Positions 1 through 9,373 of a DNA stretch of 64,000 nucleotides are shown in pieces; within the stretch, counting starts at the first letter, position 1; each line of letters begins with the position of its first letter. Made by a program: the position numbers and the translations under genes. The DNA is from Methanomethylovorans hollandica DSM 15978. Its GTDB lineage: Archaea; Halobacteriota; Methanosarcinia; Methanosarcinales; Methanosarcinaceae. The stretch lies in the NCBI RefSeq assembly GCF_000328665.1, contig NC_019977.1, positions 1,604,011 through 1,668,010 of the forward strand. Reading direction: 5' to 3'. The notes below the pieces were generated by a model. That model did not search any database. It saw nothing but the letters and a program-made list of their open reading frames with translations, and had not been told where the DNA came from.

Positions 1-573
1 TAATGAATGAGGAGCAGGATAATCAACATTTTCCTTACTTATAGACAGAATTTTTCCCGTTTCACTTTCAAGAAGACATATATTCCCTTTGTTATCACAT
101 TCTATGTCAAGGATCTTGTGCAAAGGCTTTCCATCGTGATCTTTGCAGACAACCCACCGAATCTGGAAGTCCCTCTTTGAAAGTGCTATCATGCGGGCAT
201 TATCTGCACCATTTATTGAAACGAAATCTGCAATGTATAGTGTATCCCTGTCTACCCCGATCGCTGAAAGTGTGTTCAGTTTTAATGGAAGAATCCCAGG
301 ATAGCATCCGATTGCCTTCGGAGCATCGTTATGCTGATCGTATGTGAGGATCAGATTTCTTTTTTCATCTACAAGGTAAAAGACATCACATTCATCTATA
401 GAGATATCAATTATGCTTAAATTATTATCATCAAGCAGTACATCCCCAAATTTGTACACATGATCGCTGTTTAAGCGTATATCACCACTTTCCAGATCCA
501 CGTTCTGTGCATAAGCTTTGAAACTGTCGAGGAGCTCTTTTGTGTTGATGAGTTTGTAATTTACTTTCTGCAT
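1..573 (-). CDS. Partial (3' truncated) NHL/beta-propeller-like protein, probable eCIS tail/baseplate-associated protein
   Basis: Not in ORF track. ATG at 573, 4 nt after the previous stop, frame open to base 1 (MQKVNYKLIN...); blade-like repeats DISIDECDVFYLVD, AIGVDRDTLYIAD, DIECDNKGNICLLE. Confidence 0.6.
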   Translation of the reverse strand, partial: MQKVNYKLINTKELLDSFKAYAQNVDLESGDIRLNSDHVYKFGDVLLDDNNLSIIDISIDECDVFYLVDEKRNLILTYDQHNDAPKAIGCYPGILPLKLNTLSAIGVDRDTLYIADFVSINGADNARMIALSKRDFQIRWVVCKDHDGKPLHKILDIECDNKGNICLLESETGKILSISKENVDYPAPHSL

Positions 574-577
574 ACGA

Positions 578-2545
578 TCACCCGCTTTTGCGGCACAGAC
601 CTGTTTCTCTGCTGAGCTTCACTGTGTGGCTGCCAGAATATACACATGCATGTTTTGAATTAAGCAAAAGGTTCCCATCGCTATCAGTAGATGCACCTTT
701 ATCCCCGGAAACTGAGAGTTTTATAACACAGTTCACACCCTCAACATGCTCTATAAGATTGTACAATTCTGAAACATAAACAGCCCTGCCTATAGGCCAG
801 CCTTTTCCATCCTCTCCCCCCTTTATCGGGTGGAGGAAGCCATTGAGCTTTTTGATCACGTTGTCCCGAACCAGGCTGTCGTCACGAAAACCATCCATCG
901 GAACAACTGTGGCGATGACACTGACCTTTACATAATCAGGCGGGATCACATGGATCTGAGTTCCAAGAAGACGGTGCTTGTCCAGATGCCTGCATACTGC
1001 ATTTTTGAATCCCTCGGAAGGCTGTGGGGGGACATTCAATATCTCAAGAGGCGTATAAGGAATGATCACAACTGTCACAGACCCCTTGTTATCGTCAGGA
1101 TTTATCGCTTTGGGGTTAAAAGGGTCGTAATTTGGGATCGCTTTTGCTCTTGCCACCCTCAGACCGGGTGTATTTATAGCTATATATTCAAAATCCTTTG
1201 CTGTGACAGTTGTATAGGGAGTTCGTAGATCTTTAAGAAAATCCTCGATCGCCTCTTCAATGGTCTGTGCATCCATTCCACCGCTTGCAGGTCTGTGATT
1301 TGTTATGAAACCGTTAAATCCATCTACATTCCAGGTATATTCTGCGTTCAGATTTACTTCTGCGCCTCCTCCGCTCGCATATCCCATAATCCGTATTGCA
1401 GAGCCGGCAGGAGGTACAAAACCTCTCTCCCCATCACCAAATTTAATTTTACCTTTTTCATAATCAAAGACAAAGTGTTTATCAGAGGGGCCAGACCCGT
1501 CCAGATCTTCAAATTCTTTCCAGTCTTCTTCTTCAATTGATAATTTCAATGTCCTGTCAAGGACGGGAATTTCCTTTAGCTTAAAGACCTGATTTGGCAA
1601 CCCGGTACTGATCCGCTCCTCATTATCATCCTTTACTGTAAAACCATGAGTTGCAGAAACCGTATTAAGCCTCAAATTTTCTATGCGGGGAGGATATTCG
1701 TAACATGAATCTTCCACCCGGCAGCGCAGCCAGAAATAATCAGAATTAAATTTCTGACCCGGGATCGTTGATGAAGCTGTCCATCCTTCTATTCCTTCAA
1801 AAATTATTCTTCCGCTCTTCCTGAAATCCTTTGTTTCATCAACGGCATCAATATATTTCCAAATATTTCCATTTGAAGATACCGAAAATTCCCATTTCAA
1901 GCGTGCGTTCTTAAACTCATAATCCTGTTCCTCTCCATGCTTTCCAGGTGCTATGAGGTCTTTTTCATAGAGATAGCACATAAAGTCCAGTGCATCAGGA
2001 ACATTACCATTCTCTGTTTTGAACCCGAGATACAGGGCACAGCCCTTCTGGACATATTCCCCAAAGGGAGCAAAGAAAAGATCTCCGTTTTCATTTGAAC
2101 TGCTTCTATCAAAAATACCCGACGTGAACTCATCAACCACTATTTTCTCAAGTGTCGCAGGAAGTATAGTAATATCATTATCTAACTGAAAATGAACTCT
2201 TTTTCCCTCAATCTTTGTTGATACCAACATGCCTTTTTTCAATACTGGCTTTTGCGCTACTGACTTTTGAGAAGAAGTGAATGTTAAGTCCACTTTTGCA
2301 GGTTTTGCCGGCTGGGGCCTGATTCCCAGCAGCTTGAGATATTTCAAGCGATGCTGATCTGTCACACGATCGATCCGATATAAGGCTATCTCAGAAAGCC
2401 ACGCAAAAAGCTCGATAAGAGTTATACCGGGATCGCTTTCATTGTGATCGGTCCATGCCGGAGAATATCGTGGAACAAGTGTTCTGGCTTCAGCTACCAG
2501 CTGCTCGAATGTTCTATCATCAAGATCAGGCTTAGGCAGCGACAT
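578..2545 (-). CDS. Baseplate J-like wedge protein (Afp11/12-like)
   Basis: N-terminal PDLDDRTFEQLV...WTDHNESDPGITLIELFAWL; IKFGDG..G..P; C-terminal FLHPIKGG.DG.GWP.GR. Confidence 0.9.
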   Translation of the reverse strand: MSLPKPDLDDRTFEQLVAEARTLVPRYSPAWTDHNESDPGITLIELFAWLSEIALYRIDRVTDQHRLKYLKLLGIRPQPAKPAKVDLTFTSSQKSVAQKPVLKKGMLVSTKIEGKRVHFQLDNDITILPATLEKIVVDEFTSGIFDRSSSNENGDLFFAPFGEYVQKGCALYLGFKTENGNVPDALDFMCYLYEKDLIAPGKHGEEQDYEFKNARLKWEFSVSSNGNIWKYIDAVDETKDFRKSGRIIFEGIEGWTASSTIPGQKFNSDYFWLRCRVEDSCYEYPPRIENLRLNTVSATHGFTVKDDNEERISTGLPNQVFKLKEIPVLDRTLKLSIEEEDWKEFEDLDGSGPSDKHFVFDYEKGKIKFGDGERGFVPPAGSAIRIMGYASGGGAEVNLNAEYTWNVDGFNGFITNHRPASGGMDAQTIEEAIEDFLKDLRTPYTTVTAKDFEYIAINTPGLRVARAKAIPNYDPFNPKAINPDDNKGSVTVVIIPYTPLEILNVPPQPSEGFKNAVCRHLDKHRLLGTQIHVIPPDYVKVSVIATVVPMDGFRDDSLVRDNVIKKLNGFLHPIKGGEDGKGWPIGRAVYVSELYNLIEHVEGVNCVIKLSVSGDKGASTDSDGNLLLNSKHACVYSGSHTVKLSRETGLCRKSG

Positions 2546-2546
2546 A

Positions 2547-5500
2547 TTAATTCCCCTCCTTTTTGCTATTCTCCCATTTTACGGTAATCTCATGTTCACC
2601 ATTGCATGGAAGAGCATATTCAGGCAGCTTCACCATGGCGGATGCATCATCGATCTTCATGACCTTTGAACTGTTGTGAAGACTTATTGTTACGTTATTT
2701 ACATGGTCCACGTCTTCTATTTTTTCAAGTATTGAGTAGATGTCAGATATGCATGGGGCAAAGCCGAAACCCCAGCCTTTTCCCTCAGCTGAACCGGTTA
2801 GGGGATGCAAGAACTCGGTGATCCTTCTTTTGGCTTCCATTTCTACTATCGGCATCTCATCAATAACACCGGTAACTAGCTCAGCGCCAACATCTATCTT
2901 CACATAAGAAGGTGCCATTACATTCAGGTTTACTACGGCAGGACACCTTTCGGTCAAGTATTCTGTTACCTGACGTTTTAATTCAGTGGGGGGCACAGGT
3001 TGCGGGTCTGAACTTGCAGGGACGATGATCACTGTTACGCAACCTGTGCTGAATTTCCCTTCGGAATTAAAATTAGGAAGTACCTTGACCCTGGACACAT
3101 TCCTGGAAGCTTCCTTTGCCAGCCATTCGTAATCCTCAGCTGCCATCGCCCTGTTCCTATGTTTAAGGATAACAGGTGCCCTATTAAGCAGACTTTCGAT
3201 ATCTTCTGTTTCACTGCCACCCTCAGAGCTGACAGGATTGAAGACCTTATCTGCAAAAGCTATGGAACTCTGAAGCTTTGAAATCGCTAAAGCCTCAAGA
3301 TTTCCTGATCTTCCTCCGCCTATGCTGTACGTAGCTCTGATATTGTTAGCACCTATGGGAGGAAGCATCCCATGTTTTCCATCTCCGAAAGATACCTCGC
3401 CTGAAGTTCTGTCAATTATGTAATGTCGGCCTTTGCCTGTCGATTCAAAGAAGTCATGTACTGCTGTCCACTTGACCCAGAATTCCAGGATATTGCCTCT
3501 ATCATTCTTTCTTAAGATCAAGTTGCCTGGACCTTCCAGCAGTATCTGCTTTTCCTTTTCTGAAAGGGCAGTGTTCTCATTCACCCATATAGTTTCATTT
3601 ATTACTGGAGTGTTAATAAGACTGAACTTTTGATTTGCTTCTCCATTACCTGAGCCAAGTATTTCATCTCTGATCGTCCTTGATTGCACAGCCCAGACTG
3701 AATTAAAATAAAAACCAAGGACCTTCGGAGGAAGTTTTTCTAGATCTTCAGGCATCATATCAATATTAAAAAGTTCAAACTCCTTTTCACATTCTTTAAT
3801 CTCCTCAACATCTAAAATTTTGATTGGAGTTGAAGCATCAGATCCCTTGATCAAACGTTGCTCATCTGCTTTAGGGGCATTTAATACCATTTTCGGATTC
3901 AGGACAACAGGAAAGTCCATAACTTTCAGAGGCTCTATTCTGGACAAATCCAAGCCTTTCATCACTAAATTTCTATAAATTGAAGGCCTCTTCTTTTTTA
4001 AATGCATTATATATTGCTGAGGAGGCAAGGAATTTTGTGAATCAGTAACAAAAAGTTCTCTATTAAATAAATCTCCCGTTATTACTGCCCGAATCCAGTA
4101 CAGATCCTCTGCACCGAATAATTGAGAAGCTTTCATTTTTTCCGGAACAGTGAATTTCACCATTTCCATTTTCTTAAACCCTGAGGTTTTATCCAGTACT
4201 TCCAGTTCTTTCCATTCTTCAGGGTCTTCATCACTTAGGTACTGCCACTTTGCTTTTGGAGTGAATGATTCCGGGTATTCAAGGCTTTCATCAATATTTA
4301 TAAAAAGGCTGAATGGTCCCTTTTTGAGTTCTCTGTCAAATCCAAAATAAACCGCTGGATATGTATCCGGAAGAGCCAGGAAAGGCCTTGATCTGGCATT
4401 TGTTTTTAGTTCATCGAGGCAATTCTTTGATTCGATGTTGTTCGTAGCAAAAATGTATTCTGGCTGGGTCTCTTTTCCAGTTCCATCATAAAGGATTTTA
4501 AGATCTTTTATCTTAGGGGGACAGAAAGAACCAGGATTAACACTATTACCATTGATCTCGTATTCTTTTCCGTAGTTTCCTCCCACCAGCCGGGTGCGGA
4601 TCCAGTAATTTTCTTTTCCATTAACTCTGACTGGTTTTACATCAGGCATATCAGAAATAGTTAAAACCATGGAAATGAAATCAGATGCAGTAGCTCTTCT
4701 GGAATTACTTCGTTTGGCACATTCAGTATTATCACTTAAGTTTTTCTTGTCACTTTCATCAATCTTAAGAATGCTCCAGCTTTCCCCATCCCAGTACTCC
4801 CATGAAAGTATGGGGATATCCGATCTATCAGATGAACTCGGATTACCATGATCCAAACTAAAATTCAGACTGACTTTATATCCTTTTTTTGAAAAAGCAT
4901 CCTCACACGCTATGTAAAAGGTATCGTAAATTTGTGGTTTTGTTCCAAAAGGATACAGTGTCTTCTCCGGACTTTCTATCGGAATAGGAGTATCGTTGTA
5001 ATATAAAAGATCAGGCACTATCCCCTGTAAATCTGTATTGCTGGAGGTATCTTTGCTCTCCATGTGCGCTGTTTCTACAGTTTTGTCGAAAAATTGCTTT
5101 CGAGCCGCTTCAAGGATGTTTTGAGCCCGTTTCCTACTGCATTGGAGCCGAAATGCCAATTCTTCTTCATTGAGCTTTAATAGTTGATCAAGAGTTTCAA
5201 TTTTATTTGGAATGTTGTTTCCTGCAAGTTTGGAATAGAACACATCTCCTATTCCTTGCACCTTTTTTACAGATTCACTTTTATGGACGGAGGTCTGCAT
5301 AGGCGAAATTGAGACCTTAAGTCCTGTTAAGCTCAGATCCTTGAACTCATCTATCTGGTTCTCGGATATTTCACACTTTATCCATCTGCTCTCTATACCG
5401 TTTATCGCCACTTTATCAGAGATCACTGCCTCATTTTCGATTGCTTTACATTCACCGGTAGCAGGATCCTTTTTTATTATTACCTGATTTCCATTAACTG

Positions 5501-6221
5501 CAACACTTCCAAAACGACACCACCTTATTGCCTCAACTTCTTTTCCATCCTTTTTTTCTTTTATCTTTACTCCATATTTCCACTCAGCAAGCCCCTTTTG
5601 CTTCTCTGTATCATTATATCCTAGTTTACGCAGTAAGTTCACATCACTTCCACAAAAAAGAACACTGATGTATCCTTCCTGCAAGTTGAAGAGATTTTCA
5701 TCTCCTATATAGAGAACATGTTCCTGTAAGGAGCTATCTCCTGTAAAAAGCTCTGCTGGTGCTGTTCCATTTATGGCTACTGTATGTTCGAATATTTCGT
5801 CTTTGTCCTTTATCACACTATAAACGGATACCAGCTTTGATGGCGTTGCAATAATATTTGTTTCCGTCTCAAAGATGACCGGCTTTCCGTCAGGACCTTC
5901 TGCAGAGGCCTGCACAGAAGACTCAATCAGCACATTTTCAGAAGTTCCTTCGCTGAGCACGAACGTAAGCGGGACTCTTGCAGGGCTGGCAGGGATCAGT
6001 GAAAAATCGAGCATTTCAAGAAAAGATAGAAAATGCTTGTGAGGAGCTTCATTTAATCTGCTTGTGATGGTATCTGTCATGTTGGCAAAGATCCTTGAAA
6101 GGCCAACCCCAAAGTCCCTCTCATCTTCAGTATTCCACTCAGGCACATAAAATGACGCCTTCTTCCTGATATCTGCCAATATTGTTTCCGCATTCATCTG
6201 GCTGATCTGGGGTGCTCTCAT
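2547..6221 (-). CDS. Large baseplate J-like protein (Afp11/12-like) with insertions, about 1224 aa
   Basis: YVPEW, RLNEAP, VSFGDGKHGMLPP, RNRAMAAEDYE, FLHPLTG..GKGW.FG motifs; start moved to ATG 6221 (MRAPQI), 4 nt after the gp25 stop. Confidence 0.88.
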   Translation of the reverse strand: MRAPQISQMNAETILADIRKKASFYVPEWNTEDERDFGVGLSRIFANMTDTITSRLNEAPHKHFLSFLEMLDFSLIPASPARVPLTFVLSEGTSENVLIESSVQASAEGPDGKPVIFETETNIIATPSKLVSVYSVIKDKDEIFEHTVAINGTAPAELFTGDSSLQEHVLYIGDENLFNLQEGYISVLFCGSDVNLLRKLGYNDTEKQKGLAEWKYGVKIKEKKDGKEVEAIRWCRFGSVAVNGNQVIIKKDPATGECKAIENEAVISDKVAINGIESRWIKCEISENQIDEFKDLSLTGLKVSISPMQTSVHKSESVKKVQGIGDVFYSKLAGNNIPNKIETLDQLLKLNEEELAFRLQCSRKRAQNILEAARKQFFDKTVETAHMESKDTSSNTDLQGIVPDLLYYNDTPIPIESPEKTLYPFGTKPQIYDTFYIACEDAFSKKGYKVSLNFSLDHGNPSSSDRSDIPILSWEYWDGESWSILKIDESDKKNLSDNTECAKRSNSRRATASDFISMVLTISDMPDVKPVRVNGKENYWIRTRLVGGNYGKEYEINGNSVNPGSFCPPKIKDLKILYDGTGKETQPEYIFATNNIESKNCLDELKTNARSRPFLALPDTYPAVYFGFDRELKKGPFSLFINIDESLEYPESFTPKAKWQYLSDEDPEEWKELEVLDKTSGFKKMEMVKFTVPEKMKASQLFGAEDLYWIRAVITGDLFNRELFVTDSQNSLPPQQYIMHLKKKRPSIYRNLVMKGLDLSRIEPLKVMDFPVVLNPKMVLNAPKADEQRLIKGSDASTPIKILDVEEIKECEKEFELFNIDMMPEDLEKLPPKVLGFYFNSVWAVQSRTIRDEILGSGNGEANQKFSLINTPVINETIWVNENTALSEKEKQILLEGPGNLILRKNDRGNILEFWVKWTAVHDFFESTGKGRHYIIDRTSGEVSFGDGKHGMLPPIGANNIRATYSIGGGRSGNLEALAISKLQSSIAFADKVFNPVSSEGGSETEDIESLLNRAPVILKHRNRAMAAEDYEWLAKEASRNVSRVKVLPNFNSEGKFSTGCVTVIIVPASSDPQPVPPTELKRQVTEYLTERCPAVVNLNVMAPSYVKIDVGAELVTGVIDEMPIVEMEAKRRITEFLHPLTGSAEGKGWGFGFAPCISDIYSILEKIEDVDHVNNVTISLHNSSKVMKIDDASAMVKLPEYALPCNGEHEITVKWENSKKEGN

Positions 6222-6225
6222 AGGC

Positions 6226-6621
6226 TCACACTCCCTCTTTGATGTAGAAGGGATAGACCATATTGAATTGGGTATTGGTTGTCCGAACCTTGTAATCAAT
6301 GTTTATCAATAGCTTTCCCTCCTCTTTTGACCTTGTATCAGCCTTTACACCAAGCACTTCAATGCGCGGCTCCCACTTTGTCAATGCCTCGTGGACTGTA
6401 TTCTCTATAAGATGGAGATTCAGTGTATCCATTGAACAGAAAACGTATTCATTTATGCCGCATCCAAAATCAGGCCGCATCAAACGTTCACCTTTTGCGG
6501 TCCCAAGGATGATCCAGATAGCCTCTTTAATATCGTCCTCAAAGCTTGAAACTGCCACTTTCCTATTGTAGTCCACATTGAATGGAAATTTCCATCCTTT
6601 TCCCAGAAACTCCCTGCCCAT
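6226..6621 (-). CDS. gp25/GPW baseplate protein (Afp9-like)
   Basis: FLGKGWKFP, ILGTAKGERLMRPDFGCG, WEPRI, NMVYPFY; start moved to ATG 6621. Confidence 0.93.
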   Translation of the reverse strand: MGREFLGKGWKFPFNVDYNRKVAVSSFEDDIKEAIWIILGTAKGERLMRPDFGCGINEYVFCSMDTLNLHLIENTVHEALTKWEPRIEVLGVKADTRSKEEGKLLINIDYKVRTTNTQFNMVYPFYIKEGV

Positions 6622-6674
6622 TTCAGATCCCCTTTTCCCAAAGCATATTGACCTTTCAGCCCCCGCTTTTGTCT

Positions 6675-6968
6675 TTACCCTATCAGCACAGTGGGACATC
6701 CCATCACAATAGTGTTAGGAGGACCGATTTCTGCAATGACATCTCCCTGTCTGGCAGCAGGTAGGTTGTTAATGAACACCGTAACACTTCCTGCTATCAC
6801 AACTCCTCCCACATGAGGTACTACCCCTGAAATAAGAGGGCAGTTATGAATATCAGCTGTTGCTCTCCAGGCAGGCATACCTCCTATCAGTACATTAGGA
6901 CTTCCAGGCCCCGGACCTAAAGGAGTTCCATGCGATGTCACATCTCCAACTCTTGCTGCAGGCGGCAT
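6675..6968 (-). CDS. PAAR spike-tip protein
   Basis: PAAR/PAWR/PAAR repeats with His/Cys metal ligands; no C-terminal extension. Confidence 0.95.
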   Translation of the reverse strand: MPPAARVGDVTSHGTPLGPGPGSPNVLIGGMPAWRATADIHNCPLISGVVPHVGGVVIAGSVTVFINNLPAARQGDVIAEIGPPNTIVMGCPTVLIG

Positions 6969-6977
6969 AAAATAACC

Positions 6978-7637
6978 TCAGTTTATCTTTATAGGCATCC
7001 CCTGGATGGTCAAAGCGGCATTGGATTTCAGTGTTAAGGAAGTGGATCCCTCGATCTCCACAATATTTGCCTTGATAGTAAGCTTCATCGCACTTTCCAT
7101 TGCAATGGAATTCTGTACTGAGTCAATAGTAATTTTGTTATTTCCGCTCTTATCCACAATTTCGATCTTTTCCTTGCCGCTGGAATCATCCAGGATTATC
7201 CTGTGTCCTCCTTTGGTGTGTATCTCGATCTTTTCCTGCTTCGCTTTGTCATCATCATTGAATATGAGCTCATGCCCGCTTCTGGACCTTATCTTACGGA
7301 TGTTGTTCTTCCCATCTGCATTGGTTTCAGGTGGTTTGTCCTGTCCGTTCCAGAGAGCACCGATCACGTAAGGAAAGGTGATATCCCCCCGATCAAAGGC
7401 CACAAGCACTTCATCACCTACTTCAGGATAAAAGACGATCCCTCTTTCGTTCCCAGCCATAGGACTTGCGATCCTGGCCCAGTAGCTTTCATCGTTCTCT
7501 CCTCTCCAGGGCAGGTTCACCTTTACTCTACCACGCTTTTCCGGATCACTATTATTTGTTACAATGCCAATAGCAACTCCGTAGATGTTCCTGTTCTGCT
7601 GGCTTTCTTCCCTGCTTAACAATTCACTAAGGCCCAT
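6978..7637 (-). CDS. Spike protein, gp5/gpV OB-fold plus beta-helix (VgrG C-terminal half, Afp8-like)
   Basis: GIVTNNSDPEKRGRVKV, WARIASPMAG, PEVGDEVLVAF, PYVIGALWNG; ATG 7637 overlaps the upstream stop (TAATG). Confidence 0.92.
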   Translation of the reverse strand: MGLSELLSREESQQNRNIYGVAIGIVTNNSDPEKRGRVKVNLPWRGENDESYWARIASPMAGNERGIVFYPEVGDEVLVAFDRGDITFPYVIGALWNGQDKPPETNADGKNNIRKIRSRSGHELIFNDDDKAKQEKIEIHTKGGHRIILDDSSGKEKIEIVDKSGNNKITIDSVQNSIAMESAMKLTIKANIVEIEGSTSLTLKSNAALTIQGMPIKIN

Positions 7638-8722
7638 TATAAACACCTTCGAACTTCAAGGGTAGTTTTGTAGCCGCTTTCCCCAAGCACATGCCTCGTC
7701 TTTGTAACATAGTAAACTCCACTGAAGAAACATTTCCCCACCTTTTCAATATTTATCGTCATGCCAGACCGAAGTTGCGGATTCCCGGCACATTCAAGAG
7801 TTCCTGTAATGAATCCCATATTTCGTTTTTTCAATTCAGAAAGGGCGATTGCCTTTGCTTCTTCTCTGGAGCGTACAACCCTCCCCTCCAGTTTTAAGCT
7901 GCTCTTTTCTCCTTCTGCCTTTTCTACAATACTGGAAAAATCGGGGATTCCTATACTGCTTTCTATCTCTTTGATATTTGCTTTTTCGGAAATGGTTTTC
8001 TTTTCTTGTTCACTCCATGCAGTTACTCTAACTTCATGTACCAGATTTGCAGAGCTCATTCGCGGACTGAAACTTATTATATTCTGATTAAATGTGAAGC
8101 TTACATTTGCAGTAAGATCATCTTTTGGTTTTCTGAAATAGAGAGTTTTATTCCTTACAAAAAACTCAAAGCCAATGTTTTTTGCAAGGCCCTGCAAAAA
8201 GGCATAGTCCATTTCATCGACTTTTCGTTCTATTTTTGGATGGACTATCAGTTTATCGCTTTCTACACCAGCAGGAGACAAATCATTCTTCATAGCGATC
8301 TCCCTGGCCACATCTGCATAGGTCACATTGTCACATTTTACTTTATGCTGTCTTTTTTGCAGGTCATGGGAAAGGTCATAACCTTCTACGATCAGTGCCT
8401 GAGGCCCCCCTGACAGAAAACCAGGTGATATAGCTTTGATCTTACCCATAATTGTTCCTTGCTCCTGAGGTGCAGAAGCATATCCAAAAGAGATCATGAT
8501 CCTGGTGCCGGGCTCGATACGTCTGTCATCCAACCATTTGAATTGCTGTTTGGCGAGATCGAACTGTTCATTGAAAGAGATCTTAAACATGCCAGGACTT
8601 TCCAGATCTTCATCGATCTCTACTCCAATTATGTCATCCTTTGGAATGCCCTCGTTATTTTCTTCCCATTTAACAGTAAAAGAGGGAACATATATTTCCG
8701 GACCTATTAGAAGACCTGCCAT
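7637..8722 (-). CDS. Baseplate hub, phage late control D / gp27-like (VgrG N-terminal half)
   Basis: DYAFLQGLAKNIGFE, GNPQLRSG, FSGVYYVTKTRH, GYKTTLEV. Confidence 0.88.
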   Translation of the reverse strand: MAGLLIGPEIYVPSFTVKWEENNEGIPKDDIIGVEIDEDLESPGMFKISFNEQFDLAKQQFKWLDDRRIEPGTRIMISFGYASAPQEQGTIMGKIKAISPGFLSGGPQALIVEGYDLSHDLQKRQHKVKCDNVTYADVAREIAMKNDLSPAGVESDKLIVHPKIERKVDEMDYAFLQGLAKNIGFEFFVRNKTLYFRKPKDDLTANVSFTFNQNIISFSPRMSSANLVHEVRVTAWSEQEKKTISEKANIKEIESSIGIPDFSSIVEKAEGEKSSLKLEGRVVRSREEAKAIALSELKKRNMGFITGTLECAGNPQLRSGMTINIEKVGKCFFSGVYYVTKTRHVLGESGYKTTLEVRRCL

Positions 8723-8725
8723 GTC

Positions 8726-9373
8726 TTACTCCACGGATGGAATAACTAATTCCATTCCCATTTCAAGCGATCTTGGATCATGAATCTTATTTGCATCTGC
8801 AATATGCCTCCACAGTGCCGGATCTCCGTATTCTCTGTAGGCGATCGACCATAAACTGTCCCCCTGCTTTGTTACATATAGTTTTGTCCTGTCAGAGGAT
8901 TCTACTACCCTTTCACGTTCATTAAGCCCGATTTTGAATTCTTTAAGTGTTATACTGAGCCTGGCACGGACAGGAATGCCATCTGAATTGAACATTGTAA
9001 AGCGCGTGGTCACCCTTTCCAGTACACAGGCAAAGGGTTCCTGTGAAGACATTCCCCATATAAAATGCAAATTAGGTGGGGCATGTATTTTTGGGTCAAT
9101 GTTCATAAGGTCAGAAAGCTGTTTTGTAAAATCCCGAACATCGGTTCCTGCCTCATAGGTATCATAAAATGCTTCAAGCGTGATACTGCCTGTATTCCCT
9201 TTCACGTACTGCAAGTAAGGAGCTTCGAGGCCAGGAATGGAGATCTCTGCAAACGTGTTACTTTTTTCAAAGGAATATTCTGGTGGGAAATAGAGGATCT
9301 CGATCTGTTCTCCTTTCTTATTACCATTCAAAATTTCAATGAACCCTTTTTTTGCTTTTGGATTTACTGCCAT
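8726..9373 (-). CDS. Tube-initiator/LysM protein (Afp7-like)
   Basis: N-terminal tube-like domain (FTMFNSDGIPVRA) plus C-terminal LysM (TKQGDSLWSIAYREYGDPALWRHIADAN). Confidence 0.9.
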   Translation of the reverse strand: MAVNPKAKKGFIEILNGNKKGEQIEILYFPPEYSFEKSNTFAEISIPGLEAPYLQYVKGNTGSITLEAFYDTYEAGTDVRDFTKQLSDLMNIDPKIHAPPNLHFIWGMSSQEPFACVLERVTTRFTMFNSDGIPVRARLSITLKEFKIGLNERERVVESSDRTKLYVTKQGDSLWSIAYREYGDPALWRHIADANKIHDPRSLEMGMELVIPSVE

